A DNA stretch of 64,000 nucleotides from Pseudomonadota bacterium (GTDB lineage: Bacteria > Pseudomonadota > Gammaproteobacteria > Steroidobacterales > Steroidobacteraceae). The stretch is taken from positions 1,565-65,564 of the forward strand of contig CANGJP010000005.1 in NCBI GenBank assembly GCA_947454465.1, written 5' to 3'. A program made the translations under genes and the position numbers. This document shows positions 43,898 through 54,419 of this stretch, one piece after another. The notes under the pieces were generated by a model. It saw nothing but the letters and a program-made list of their open reading frames with translations. It ran no database searches and was not told the origin of the DNA. Each line of letters starts with the position of its first letter. The stretch's first letter is position 1.

Positions 43898-45571
43898 ATG
43901 TCAGAAAGTTTTGCCCAAATGTTGGAAGAGAGTTTTGCTACCCAGGCGATCAAGCCCGGTGCAATTCTCACTGGTGTGGTTGTTGCTGTCAGTGATGCAG
44001 TGGTTATTATCAATGCAGGGCTGAAGAGTGAAGCCGTGATCGACGTGGCTCAGTTCAAGAACGAGTCCGGCGAAGTGGAAGTCAATGTGGGTGACGAAGT
44101 TGAAGTTGCCCTCGAAAGCATGGAAGACGGCTCGGGCGAAACGCGCCTGTCGCGCGAGAAAGCCAAGCGAGCCCGCACTTGGACACGTCTGGAGCAAGCA
44201 TTCGAGAAGCAGGAAATCATCAAAGGCCTGGTTAATGGTCGCGTCAAAGGCGGCTTTACGGTGGAAATTGATTTCGTGCGTGCCTTCTTACCGGGTTCAT
44301 TAGTGGATGTGCGCCCTGTGCGTGATCCAAGCTACCTGGAAGGCAAGGTTCATGAGTTTAAGATCATCAAGCTCGATCAGAAGCGTAATAACGTTGTGGT
44401 TTCCCGCCGCGCAGTTGTTGAGCAGGAATACAGCGCTGAGCGTTCTGAGATGCTGGAAAAACTGCAAGAAGGCGCGATGGTGCGCGGTACGATCAAGAAC
44501 CTCACCGATTACGGTGCCTTCGTTGATTTGGGTGGCATTGACGGTTTGTTACATATCACTGATATGGCTTGGAAGCGCGTTAAGCATCCTTCCGAAGTGG
44601 TGCAGGTGGGTCAGGAAATCGACGTGCGTATTCTCAAGTTTGATCGTGAGCGTCAGCGCGTAAGCTTGGGTATTAAGCAGTTGGGCAGCGATCCATGGGA
44701 AAACATTGCTCGTCGCTACCCTGCCAATACGCGCATCTTTGGTAAGGTCACCAACATTGCCGACTACGGTTGCTTCGTTGAAATCGAAGAGGGTGTAGAA
44801 GGTCTGGTACACGTCTCTGAAATGGACTGGACTAACAAGAATGTCGCACCTGCTAAGGTCGTACACGTCGGTCAGGAAGTGGAAGTTATGGTGCTGGATA
44901 TCGACGAAGAGCGTCGTCGTATTTCCTTGGGTCTCAAACAGTGCCAGACCAATCCTTGGAAGGACTTTGGCGATGCATTCAATCGTGGCGATCATGTCAG
45001 CGGTCAGATCAAATCGATCACCGACTTCGGTATTTTCATTGGTCTCAATGGCGGTATCGATGGCTTGATTCACCTTTCGGATATCTCTTGGGATATTCCG
45101 GGTGAAGAGGCGGTACGAAGCTACCAGAAAGGCCAGACAGTGGATGCCATGGTCCTGGCGATTGATCCTGAGCGTGAACGTATCTCGCTGGGTATCAAGC
45201 AACTGGCTAAAGATCCATTCTCAACTTGGATCGCCGAACATCCAAAGGGCACTATCGTGACCGGCAAGGTTCGTGAAGTGGATGCCAAGGGCGCTATCAT
45301 CGATCTGGGTGGTGGTGTGGATGGTCATTTGCGTGCTTCAGAACTGTCACGTGATCGTGTTGAAGATGCACGCACCTTGCTGAAGGTGGATGACGAAGTC
45401 GAAGCCAAATTCACGGGCGTGGATCGTAAGTCGCGTACTATCGCTCTGTCGATTAAGGCGAAGGACATGCATGAAGAAGCCGAGGCGATGCAAAGCTATC
45501 GCAGCGATTCTTCAAGTGGTACTAGCCTCGGTGACCTGTTGAAGGAACATATTTCGGGTCAGGATAATTAA
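43898..45571 (+). CDS. rpsA: 30S ribosomal protein S1
   Basis: Starts [13 protein letters not shown] as in E. coli S1. Six S1 repeats. The 26 codons upstream in the ORF track (from 43820) are not S1-like. Confidence 0.97.
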   Translation: MSESFAQMLEESFATQAIKPGAILTGVVVAVSDAVVIINAGLKSEAVIDVAQFKNESGEVEVNVGDEVEVALESMEDGSGETRLSREKAKRARTWTRLEQAFEKQEIIKGLVNGRVKGGFTVEIDFVRAFLPGSLVDVRPVRDPSYLEGKVHEFKIIKLDQKRNNVVVSRRAVVEQEYSAERSEMLEKLQEGAMVRGTIKNLTDYGAFVDLGGIDGLLHITDMAWKRVKHPSEVVQVGQEIDVRILKFDRERQRVSLGIKQLGSDPWENIARRYPANTRIFGKVTNIADYGCFVEIEEGVEGLVHVSEMDWTNKNVAPAKVVHVGQEVEVMVLDIDEERRRISLGLKQCQTNPWKDFGDAFNRGDHVSGQIKSITDFGIFIGLNGGIDGLIHLSDISWDIPGEEAVRSYQKGQTVDAMVLAIDPERERISLGIKQLAKDPFSTWIAEHPKGTIVTGKVREVDAKGAIIDLGGGVDGHLRASELSRDRVEDARTLLKVDDEVEAKFTGVDRKSRTIALSIKAKDMHEEAEAMQSYRSDSSSGTSLGDLLKEHISGQDN

Positions 45572-45671
45572 TCGGTAATACGGTATCTGGCTGTCGCTCT
45601 TTCCCGGAACGATAGCCAGAACACCGGTGCACTGATGACCATCAGATAGCAAGCGTAAGGCGACCCAACCT

Positions 45672-45974
45672 ATGACCAAGTCAGAACTGATCGAGCTGCT
45701 AGCGGCTAAACAGAAACACTTGCCTACCAAGGACGTTGAGTTGGCGGTAAAGCAAGTATTGGAAATAATGGGTGATGCTTTGGCTGAAGGCGAGCGTATT
45801 GAAATACGCGGATTTGGTAGCTTTTCGTTGCACTATCGTCCAGCACGTCAGGGTCGAAACCCTAAAACGGGTGATGCGGTGGCCTTATCTGGTAAATACG
45901 TACCACACTTTAAACCGGGCAAAGAGTTGCGTGAACGTGTGGATGCCAGTGCCGGCTTGCCTATTAGGGACTGA
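45672..45974 (+). CDS. ihfB: integration host factor subunit beta
   Basis: [11 protein letters not shown]...[26 protein letters not shown]... Confidence 0.96.
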   Translation: MTKSELIELLAAKQKHLPTKDVELAVKQVLEIMGDALAEGERIEIRGFGSFSLHYRPARQGRNPKTGDAVALSGKYVPHFKPGKELRERVDASAGLPIRD

Positions 45975-46011
45975 GCAAAAACGTTCAAATTAATCCTGAA
46001 TCAAATTTTTA

Positions 46012-46048
46012 GGCGGGTTCAGAGCAATCTGAATCCGCCTTTTGTTTG
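46012..46048 (+). terminator. rho-independent terminator after ihfB
   Basis: GGCGGGTTCAGA (46012-46023) / GCAA / TCTGAATCCGCC (46028-46039), with one G.U pair, followed by TTTTGTTTG. Confidence 0.85.
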
Positions 46049-46087
46049 TCTTCTGCTTTTACATCCAGCAACGTACACTGCGCTGTC

Positions 46088-46375
46088 ATGAGCCGTACAA
46101 GATTTATTTCATTATTGCTATTGGTCAGTGTGCTGGCGATGTTGCTGGTGGCATTGAATCCGCAACCGATGCTGCTGGAATTGGGTGTGCTGCAATTACA
46201 GTTACGCCAGGGTTTGGTACTCGTCATTGTCTTGGCTATGGGGCTGCTCATTGGTGTCATGTTGCGCATTGCATGGATCACCGAATTGTTAACTGAGCGA
46301 GGTCGATTAAGGCGTGCTCTGAAGATTTCCGAGGCCAAGGTACGTGCCGCTACCGGTACACAACTGGAAAAATAA
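46088..46375 (+). CDS. lapA: lipopolysaccharide assembly protein LapA (YciS)
   Basis: ~95 aa, two TM helices. Immediately precedes lapB with a TAATG stop/start overlap. ATG 46088 preferred over the ORF-track 46046. Confidence 0.8.
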   Translation: MSRTRFISLLLLVSVLAMLLVALNPQPMLLELGVLQLQLRQGLVLVIVLAMGLLIGVMLRIAWITELLTERGRLRRALKISEAKVRAATGTQLEK

Positions 46376-47571
46376 TGTTTAGTGAATTTCCGGTCGATTT
46401 TTGGCTGGCCCTGATGTTAGCTGCCGCCGCAGGTTGGGCTGCCGGGCACGTGTGGAGAAGTCTGGGTCGAGCAAAGTCGACATTACGCAGCGAGCGCATG
46501 AGTCCGCAATATTTTGCTGGCTTGAATCATTTGCTTAATGAGCAGCAGGATAAAGCTCTGGAGGTTTTGCGTGGCTTGGCAGAGGCGGATACGGAAACGG
46601 TCGAAACCCAGTTGGCGTTAGGTCACTTATACCGCCGTCGGGGGGAAGTAGATCGTGCCATTCATGTCCATGAAGCCATCATGCAGCGACCAGAATTACC
46701 GGCATTGCTGCATCAGCAGGCCCAGTTTGCATTGGGTGAGGACTATCTCAAGGCTGGATTGCTCGATCGAGCTGAGGTGTGCTTTCAAAAATTGATCGAC
46801 CAACCCGCGCATCGGACAGCTTCGCTTCGTAATCTTCTGAATATTTACGAGCAGCAAGGGGACTGGCTTCAAGCCATTAATGCGTACCAGCAATTATCTT
46901 CGTTTAGTTCGCCCGAGCATCCCACTGCGTTGGCTCATTATTACTGTGAACTGGCTGAGCAAGCACAGCGTGAGGGTATGTTCTCACAGGCTATGGAGAA
47001 TCTTAATCGTGCCTTTGAGGTGCAACGAAATTTTCCACGAGGCAACCTGATTAATGCTGATTTTTATCTTGCTGCAGGTGATGCGCGCAGTGCGGCTGCT
47101 GTGTGTAAACGAGTGATGGAGATTCATCCGCATCTGTTGCCAATTGTTTTACCACTGTTTATTCGTGCGATACGTGCACTTAATATGAGTTTAGATAATG
47201 CGGATGCGCAACTGAGTTTATTAAGTGCGGACAGCAAACAACGGGCTGCGTTGGCTTATGCGGCTATTGTCTCGAATGTGTTTGATGAACCTTATTTGCT
47301 GCAATGTTTGCCAGATTTTTTGCGTCAGGACGCGACCCTCGGTGAAATGGTGCAGGCGTTGGTGGCCGATGCTAATAGCCTAAACAGCGTGCAATTGCAC
47401 AGTGTGGCAACTTCATTGGCTAAGGTTTTTAGGCGTACTCAGCGCTACCGCTGTATCAGTTGCGGCGTAAATACGGGGTCGCATTTCTGGCAATGTCCTG
47501 GGTGCCATAGCTGGGATACCTTGGCACCGGTCAGTCGATTAGAGCTGTCTCCTGTCAGTCGTCGCGGCTGA
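46375..47571 (+). CDS. lapB: lipopolysaccharide assembly protein LapB (YciM)
   Basis: N-terminal TM, TPR repeats, C-terminal rubredoxin-like CISCG...CPGCHSWDT. Confidence 0.92.
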   Translation: MFSEFPVDFWLALMLAAAAGWAAGHVWRSLGRAKSTLRSERMSPQYFAGLNHLLNEQQDKALEVLRGLAEADTETVETQLALGHLYRRRGEVDRAIHVHEAIMQRPELPALLHQQAQFALGEDYLKAGLLDRAEVCFQKLIDQPAHRTASLRNLLNIYEQQGDWLQAINAYQQLSSFSSPEHPTALAHYYCELAEQAQREGMFSQAMENLNRAFEVQRNFPRGNLINADFYLAAGDARSAAAVCKRVMEIHPHLLPIVLPLFIRAIRALNMSLDNADAQLSLLSADSKQRAALAYAAIVSNVFDEPYLLQCLPDFLRQDATLGEMVQALVADANSLNSVQLHSVATSLAKVFRRTQRYRCISCGVNTGSHFWQCPGCHSWDTLAPVSRLELSPVSRRG

Positions 47572-47594
47572 CGATCCATTCTTTTCGGGGCTTT

Positions 47595-47621
47595 CATTTC
47601 TGGGCTCAAAGCCCAGAAATG
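47595..47621. terminator. perfect 12-bp hairpin after lapB (no T tract)
   Basis: CATTTCTGGGCT / CAA / AGCCCAGAAATG read directly. Confidence 0.45.
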
Positions 47622-47714
47622 CATGCGCTCGACCGATTTGGGTGGTGTCACTATTTTCCCCGCAGTAATGCAATGCACATTTGGACCAAACGGGAAATAC
47701 TAGGGAGAGCTGTC

Positions 47715-48008
47715 ATGATTAATTCGATACGTGGTTTGAAATATCTGTTTATTGCTTGCTTGTCCTTGATGCTGGCTGCACCTTCTATAGCTGCAGTGGA
47801 TATCAACAAAGCAGATGCGGTAACGCTGGCTAAGGAACTCAAAGGCGTGGGTGCAGCTAAGGCAAAGGCCATTGTTGATTATCGTACTAAGAATGGTGCA
47901 TTTAAGTCGGCTGATGAGTTGCTCAAAGTCACTGGAATCGGTGAAAAACTCTTGATTCAGAATCGTAGCAATATCGTGATCGGTACCACTGAAACTGCTA
48001 AGAAATAA
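47715..48008 (+). CDS. comEA: ComEA-family helix-hairpin-helix DNA-binding protein (secreted)
   Basis: Signal peptide then VDINKADAVTLAKELKGVGAAKAKAIVDYRTKNGAFKSADELLKVTGIG. ATG 47715 with a GGGAGAG SD. The ORF track starts at 47619. Confidence 0.88.
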   Translation: MINSIRGLKYLFIACLSLMLAAPSIAAVDINKADAVTLAKELKGVGAAKAKAIVDYRTKNGAFKSADELLKVTGIGEKLLIQNRSNIVIGTTETAKK

Positions 48009-48048
48009 TAGGTTCATTGAGGACGGGATGCGCAGGTATGCGCGGGTG

Positions 48049-48234
48049 GTTGGGTGGTCACGAGGTGTTCTTGATGCTGGTACGGGTTGATCGATAAAGC
48101 GTCTTAGGAAGGCTGGTTTTATCTCTAGGATTGGGATGTCCTTAGGTTGATCACAGGATGTATTGTTCAGCATCAAAGGCTCCCATCAGGCTGACAGGAG
48201 TTGGCAAATCAAGAGCACCTCGTGGCCACCCAAT
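48049..48234. repeat. 26-bp long-range inverted repeat enclosing 132 nt, upstream of galU
   Basis: 48050-48075 TTGGGTGGTCACGAGGTGTTCTTGAT pairs with 48208-48233 ATCAAGAGCACCTCGTGGCCACCCAA. The two non-Watson-Crick positions would be G.U in a plus-strand RNA. Confidence 0.85.
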
Positions 48235-48359
48235 TCCTCTTTCAGTCGAAGGTATTGGTTGGGTGGTGCACTATTGATTTAGATATTGTTAATAAATTTG
48301 TCTCGAGCCTCAGTTATGATTGGCCCCACCTTAAAACCGATAAGCGATGGAGTGGGGTA

Positions 48360-49253
48360 GTGAAGCGGTCAGCAAAGATTCAATATGCGGTATTTCCTGT
48401 GGCCGGTCGGGGTACGCGCTTTTTGCCTGCAACCAAGGCTAGCCCTAAGGAAATGCTACCCATCGTCGATAAGCCGCTCATTCAATATGCCGCAGAAGAA
48501 GTGCTGTCTGCAGGCGTCAGCAAATTAGTCTTTGTCACCGGCAGTACTAAGCGTGCGATTGCTGATCATTTCGATTCTGATGCGGAACTGGAGGCCGAAT
48601 TGGAACAGCAGGGCAAGGCTGACTTATTGGCGGCAGTGAGGGGTATTGTTCCTTCTTGGGCGAGTTGTATTTTTATTCGACAGTCTGTGCCATTGGGGCT
48701 TGGGCATGCGGTATTGTGTGCGAAGCCAATAGTTGAAAATCAGCCTTTCTTTGTTCACTTAGCCGATGACTTGATTGACTCTTCGGTACCCTGTCTCAAG
48801 CAAATGGCCGAAGTTTATGAACAACGCGAATGCAGCGTGCTTGGGGTAGAAACTGTACCGATGGAAGAAACCTATAAGTACGGTATCGTGGCCACAGAAG
48901 CGTGCCAGGGTCGATTAAGTCGGGTGACCAAAATTGTAGAAAAACCCAAGCCTGTCAATGCCCCCTCTAATTTAGCTGTCGTGGGGCGTTATATTTTGAC
49001 GGGCAGGATTTTTGAAAAGTTAGAAAAAACGGGGCGGGGTGCCGGTGGTGAGATTCAATTAACCGATGCCATTGCGGATTTACTTGCAGATGAGTCTGTG
49101 TATGCCTACGAGTTTGATGGCAAGCGTTACGATTGTGGTAGTAAGCTGGGTTATCTGCAGGCGACCGTCGAATATGCATTGAAGCATGAGTCACTCGGTG
49201 GACCGTTTGAGCGGTACCTGCGTGAACTGACAGGGCAGTTTAAGAATCAATAA
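48360..49253 (+). CDS. galU: UTP--glucose-1-phosphate uridylyltransferase
   Basis: [41 protein letters not shown] 48360 (GGAG upstream) fits GalU N-termini. The ORF-track start 48201 would add 53 non-homologous residues across the repeat region. Confidence 0.9.
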   Translation: MKRSAKIQYAVFPVAGRGTRFLPATKASPKEMLPIVDKPLIQYAAEEVLSAGVSKLVFVTGSTKRAIADHFDSDAELEAELEQQGKADLLAAVRGIVPSWASCIFIRQSVPLGLGHAVLCAKPIVENQPFFVHLADDLIDSSVPCLKQMAEVYEQRECSVLGVETVPMEETYKYGIVATEACQGRLSRVTKIVEKPKPVNAPSNLAVVGRYILTGRIFEKLEKTGRGAGGEIQLTDAIADLLADESVYAYEFDGKRYDCGSKLGYLQATVEYALKHESLGGPFERYLRELTGQFKNQ

Positions 49254-49779
49254 TATGTCGGTGGATTTACTGAGTTGCTCACCGAGAATCAATCAACGGT
49301 GTGTCGTGAATGCTGTGTCGGCAGCGCTTTAAACATGAAAGTACTCTCAGTCTGTTTCTTCATGTGTAGTCTTTTTTGATCAGCGCCATGACGCTCAACT
49401 TAAACTAAGGAATTTATTGGCAGCGCTAAGGAGTGCTGTCAGTCCGATGCGCTTAGTGTTTGGGTTTGTATCATGGCTGCGATGGGGACGGTCATGGCGA
49501 GGTGGGCATGGTGGGCGCGTTTGGCGTGTGGTCGCTAGCCGTTCAAGGGTGAGTATCCCTACCGTCTAGTGTGTTTTGAGCGTGGTAGGGCGTTGGGTTT
49601 GATCCGCTGGGGGAACTAGGGGCTTTCCCTGGAGGTGGATGCGCAGTATGGGGCATGAGGTATACTGCCCAGTGTGTATCAATGTGAACAGTTATCGAGT
49701 GTTTTGTGAGTTCGTGTCTGACCTGACACAGCGTCTTGATACTTGCGCGCTGTTTTGGGAAGTGTAGTTGGGGGGTGTC

Positions 49780-50436
49780 ATGCTTCAGTTTTTTAGGCGT
49801 CTGATTGTGCTGTGGTTGGTGGGTTCTGGTCTGTCGGTAATGGCTGCGCCGCCGGCTGTGTCCATGGCCGTTGAAGGCAATGATTACAAATTACTCACCC
49901 CTGCTCAAGCCACCGCAGATCCAAAAAAGATTGTGGTCAGTGAATTCTTTTCTTACCAATGCTCACATTGCTATGTGTTTTATCCCGTGGTCACCAGTTG
50001 GGCGGCTAAATTACCAAAGGATGTATTGTTTGAGCGGGTGCCAATTTCTTTAGGGCGTGCAGCATGGCAGCCTGTCGCACAGGCCTTTTATGCCTTGCAG
50101 GTCATGGGTAAGGTGGAGCAGATGGATTCATTGATTTTCAGTGCAATCCATACGCAAAAAACGTTGATGTATGACGAACAAAGCGTGACTAAGTTTGTTG
50201 CTCAGCATGGTGTGAATGCCGCTGACTTCACGGCGGCCTATAACTCATTCGGTGTAAAGTCTAGTTTCTTGGCTGCAGAACAGAAAATGAAGTCCCATAA
50301 GGTTCAGGGAACGCCCACTATGGTGGTGGACGGAAAGTACATCGTAAATGGCGAAGGGACTAAAGGCTATGAAGAATTGCTACAGCGTACTGATAGGGTG
50401 ATTGCACTGGCCCGAGCTGAACGATCGCGTAAATAA
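49780..50436 (+). CDS. dsbA: thiol:disulfide interchange protein DsbA
   Basis: Signal peptide, active site FFSYQCSHCY (CxxC), cis-Pro region GTPTMVV. ATG 49780 (ORF-track TTG 49768). Confidence 0.92.
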   Translation: MLQFFRRLIVLWLVGSGLSVMAAPPAVSMAVEGNDYKLLTPAQATADPKKIVVSEFFSYQCSHCYVFYPVVTSWAAKLPKDVLFERVPISLGRAAWQPVAQAFYALQVMGKVEQMDSLIFSAIHTQKTLMYDEQSVTKFVAQHGVNAADFTAAYNSFGVKSSFLAAEQKMKSHKVQGTPTMVVDGKYIVNGEGTKGYEELLQRTDRVIALARAERSRK

Positions 50437-50464
50437 GCATTACGCATCACGCTGCTGTTGTGGC

Positions 50465-50492
50465 GGTACGTACTTTAATTAAGGTACGTACC
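50465..50492. terminator. 28-bp near-perfect palindrome between convergent dsbA and DUF2069 genes
   Basis: GGTACGTAC-TTTAATTAAG-GTACGTACC read directly. No clear T tract on either side. Confidence 0.4.
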
Positions 50493-50508
50493 TTGGTTAC
50501 GATCTGAA

Positions 50509-51494
<986 letters not shown>

Positions 51495-51680
51495 TTAGAA
51501 ATTGATGCAGCGATTGTATGCATAGCTGAGCTTGCCGCATAGCGCAGCGCGGGTTGATGCAACGTCAGTGCCTTGTTACGGTCAAAACTTAAGAGAAAGC
51601 AGTGATTATTCGGTAATAATGCCTACGCGCAGCAATATCAGCAAAGCTGCTGCCAGCACAGTCGGGGATAAGGGTTGCAG

Positions 51681-51971
51681 ATGAATGAATTGTCAAAAAA
51701 AGTGATATATCGATTCCTGATTTCCGGTCGCGTTCAGGGTGTGTTTTACCGCGCCAGTACCCGTGAGCAGGCACACAAACTGAATCTGACAGGCCATGCG
51801 AAAAATCTGCCGGACGGCAGAGTTGAAGTGCTGGCCTGTGGTGACCTCATTGCCATCGACAATCTTGAACGGTGGTTATGGCAGGGCCCGATGGGCGCAG
51901 AAGTCCTGGACGTGGAAAAACAGCTTGTAGAGTCGGTGGCTGAATCAATCAATGGTTTTGGAATTTACTGA
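51681..51971 (+). CDS. acyP: acylphosphatase
   Basis: ISGRVQGVFYRASTREQAHKLNLTGHAKNLPDGRVEV signature. ATG 51681 (ORF-track TTG 51675). Confidence 0.9.
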   Translation: MNELSKKVIYRFLISGRVQGVFYRASTREQAHKLNLTGHAKNLPDGRVEVLACGDLIAIDNLERWLWQGPMGAEVLDVEKQLVESVAESINGFGIY

Positions 51972-52060
51972 TTGATCGTTGATACCGATCGTTTTGCTAA
52001 CCATATAAAACCTACGGACTCGTGCTTCAATCCTTTCAAACACGTCGTGTACATATGACC

Positions 52061-52170
52061 ACCCAACGCCGAGCTAAGCGGCAGGACAAACCGGCGCGAC
52101 AAGGCGAAGCAGCGCCGGTTTGGACTGTCCAGTGAGCGTAGCGAACGAGCTTGAGCGACTTGTTAGGGCT
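52061..52170 (-). other. attC-like (59-base-element) integron recombination site
   Basis: Minus strand reads AG-CCCTAAC(R'')-AAGTC-GCTCAAGC(L'', one extra base)...CAAACCGGCGC/14-nt loop/GCGCCGGTTTG...GCTTAGC(L')-TCGGC-GTTGGGT(R', GTTRRRY). About 108 nt. The boxes closely resemble the aadA-type 59-be as I recall it (..CTAACAATTCGTTCAAGC...GCTTAACTCAAGCGTTAGAT). Confidence 0.65.
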
Positions 52171-52197
52171 TGACATGGTTATTTATACAGATATATT
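52170..52197 (+). promoter_or_regulatory. near-consensus sigma70 promoter for the methyltransferase gene
   Basis: TTGACA (52170-52175) - 16 nt - TATATT (52192-52197). AAGGAAA SD at 52221-52227, ATG at 52234. The -35 abuts the attC R'' box. Confidence 0.6.
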
Positions 52198-52233
52198 TGG
52201 TACTGTCTATGGGTTTCGCAAAGGAAACTAGCC

Positions 52234-53664
52234 ATGAGTACCGAAATTGGCATTAAAGAAGCCGCTTTACAACTGGACATTAGTGAACAAAGGGTTAGAA
52301 CCTTGTGTCGTCAGGGAGACCTAAAATCTCGAAAAATTGGGAATACCTGGCTCATAACTCAAGCAAGTATTGATAAATATGGCCTTAGAACGGCACATAA
52401 GGTGGCCGAAGATCACCCTGCTTACGATGTTTCTGGAATTAACTCCACTAGGCCAATAGCGTTAAGTTTTTTCTCTGGAGCGATGGGGCTTGATCTTGGA
52501 ATTGAAAAAGCTGGATTTCATGTAAGGCTTGCGTGCGAGGTTGATAAATTCTGTAGGCAGACGATAGCCTTAAACCGCCCCAATACGGCTTTGCTTGGGG
52601 ACATAAATGAGTACACGGGAAAGGACATACTAAAAGCAGCCGGGCTTTGCAAGAAGGATGACATAGACCTAATTGTTGGAGGCCCACCCTGCCAAGCATT
52701 TAGTACGGCAGGAAAACGACAAGGGTTTAATGACGACAGAGGAAACGTATTTCTCAAATATCTTGATTTAGCTTTAGAACTACGACCTAAGTATTTAGTT
52801 ATTGAAAATGTTAGAGGCTTGCTTTCCTGCCCAATGGAGCACAGACCACACGAACTTAGAGGGGATGGATTTCCTGATTTATCAGAAGATGAATTAAAAG
52901 GTGGCGCACTAAATTTCATTATTAAAAGGTTAGAAAAATCTGGGTATGGATATTCGTTTAACTTATACAATTCTGCAAATTTTGGTACGCCACAGATTAG
53001 AGAGAGAGTAATAATAATTTGCTCTAGAGATGGAAGAAAACCACCATTTCTAGTTCCAACTCATTCAGAGAATGGTGAGCATGGACTGCCAAAGTGGAGA
53101 ACCCTTAAATCATGCATACAAAAAACTGAAGAGCACCATCACCTGACTTTTCCAGAAAAACGCCTGAAATATTATCGAATGCTAAAGCCCGGACAAAACT
53201 GGAAGGATTTGCCTGAAAAACTTCAAAAAGAAGCAATGGGACAGTCATTTTATGCGGGCGGAGGAAAGACTGGTTTCTTAAGAAGACTGGCTTGGAACAG
53301 GCCTGCTCCTACGCTTGTAACTCATCCAGCAATGCCTGCTACAGACCTTGCTCACCCCGAAGAAGATAGGCCGCTTTCTATTGAGGAGTACAAACGCATT
53401 CAAGAATTTCCTGATGACTGGGTGCTTGCTGGCCCATTGATTCAACAATACAAGCAAATAGGCAATGCAGTGCCACTCAGCTTGGGTTGCGCTGTTGGTA
53501 ATGTGATAAAAGATCTCTTATCCAGAAGAAATGTTGTGAATATTTCAAATTTTCAGTATTCACGATACAAAAACACTTCTCATGAAGAGTGGATAGCTCA
53601 ATTTAAGCAGCAAATAAGAAAACACAAGGCGGATTACAAGCAACAAGAATTGGGTTTTGGCTGA
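52234..53664 (+). CDS. DNA (cytosine-5)-methyltransferase with N-terminal helix-turn-helix domain (type II M subunit)
   Basis: aa ~5-50 excisionase/MerR-like HTH ([35 protein letters not shown]). m5C motifs [69 protein letters not shown]. Confidence 0.93.
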   Translation: MSTEIGIKEAALQLDISEQRVRTLCRQGDLKSRKIGNTWLITQASIDKYGLRTAHKVAEDHPAYDVSGINSTRPIALSFFSGAMGLDLGIEKAGFHVRLACEVDKFCRQTIALNRPNTALLGDINEYTGKDILKAAGLCKKDDIDLIVGGPPCQAFSTAGKRQGFNDDRGNVFLKYLDLALELRPKYLVIENVRGLLSCPMEHRPHELRGDGFPDLSEDELKGGALNFIIKRLEKSGYGYSFNLYNSANFGTPQIRERVIIICSRDGRKPPFLVPTHSENGEHGLPKWRTLKSCIQKTEEHHHLTFPEKRLKYYRMLKPGQNWKDLPEKLQKEAMGQSFYAGGGKTGFLRRLAWNRPAPTLVTHPAMPATDLAHPEEDRPLSIEEYKRIQEFPDDWVLAGPLIQQYKQIGNAVPLSLGCAVGNVIKDLLSRRNVVNISNFQYSRYKNTSHEEWIAQFKQQIRKHKADYKQQELGFG

Positions 53665-53681
53665 AAGCCAAAACCCAATTC
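53647..53681. terminator. perfect 16-bp hairpin between convergent M and R genes (bidirectional terminator candidate)
   Basis: GAATTGGGTTTTGGCT (53647-53662) / GAA / AGCCAAAACCCAATTC (53666-53681). The M stop codon TGA (53662-53664) sits at the loop. Confidence 0.7.
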
Positions 53682-53687
53682 ATTGTT

Positions 53688-54419
53688 TTATTGCCATGGG
53701 TTTTCATTTTCTACAGCCAGGCAGTTAGGATTGTTTTTGATCGTTGATTTTACGAAATTAACAAATTCGACTTCGCTTAAGTTTTTTGTTTTGCATATTG
53801 TATTTAGCTTAGACCACATATATTCGATTCGATCCGCTTTTATTCGGTACCACTTTTTGATTTCCGTTCCATCTCTTACTGCGCTACTTGAACTATTTTC
53901 AGAATTACTTCGATTTTTGATTTGTAACAAACTTCCATCTTCATTAACAAAATCAACAGACCTGACTGTTTCTCCCCATGCGCAGTGCCATCCATGTTTT
54001 TTGAGGTTTATTGATAGATATTCCTCCAGCATTAAGCCAAGAATATTTTCTGCTGACATACCAAGACGATGTGCGTAAGTTGCTTTATTTAAATCATCTT
54101 TCGTTAAGGAGGTAAGCCTTGCCCCAATAATTTCTTCAATTATTGGATCGGGGATTGTGCCGGGTGGATTTGATATTCTTTTGCTTGCCCGACCTTCCAT
54201 GCCTGCTTGATATTTTTGCAGCCATTTTTGTATAGCTGAACGCTCATCATCACTTCCTCCGCCGATATTGCCCGGTACGCGATCTGGGTCATTTGCTACG
54301 ATTTTGAAGACGAAGCTGACACTTCCTTCCCAATCTAACCCCATCTCATTGGCTAGTTGTCGGGCCAGACCCGATGATCGTTTTTCGCCTAGTTTTTGAA
54401 TTGCATCTTTAAGTTTCAA
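53688..54419 (-). CDS. putative type II restriction endonuclease (PD-(D/E)XK-like)
   Basis: 243 aa, convergent with and 23 nt from the m5C MTase. Candidate catalytic D156-X9-Q166-I-K168 (VDFVNEDGSLLQIK). TTG start with GGAG 7 nt upstream. AT-rich like the M gene. I cannot assign a family by eye. Confidence 0.65.
   Translation of the reverse strand: MKLKDAIQKLGEKRSSGLARQLANEMGLDWEGSVSFVFKIVANDPDRVPGNIGGGSDDERSAIQKWLQKYQAGMEGRASKRISNPPGTIPDPIIEEIIGARLTSLTKDDLNKATYAHRLGMSAENILGLMLEEYLSINLKKHGWHCAWGETVRSVDFVNEDGSLLQIKNRSNSENSSSSAVRDGTEIKKWYRIKADRIEYMWSKLNTICKTKNLSEVEFVNFVKSTIKNNPNCLAVENENPWQ

Noticed and set aside
52055-52135. 26-codon ORF (MTTQRRAKRQDKPARQGEAAPVWTVQ) upstream of the methyltransferase
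   Set aside because: It lies wholly within the attC-like palindrome and has no SD. The sequence is better explained as a recombination site.
53683-54078. 131-aa plus-strand ORF overlapping the restriction endonuclease gene
   Set aside because: It is antisense to the better-supported 243-aa ORF. It is Phe/Leu/Ser-rich, as expected from reading AT-rich DNA in the wrong frame. It would also start inside the M/R terminator hairpin.
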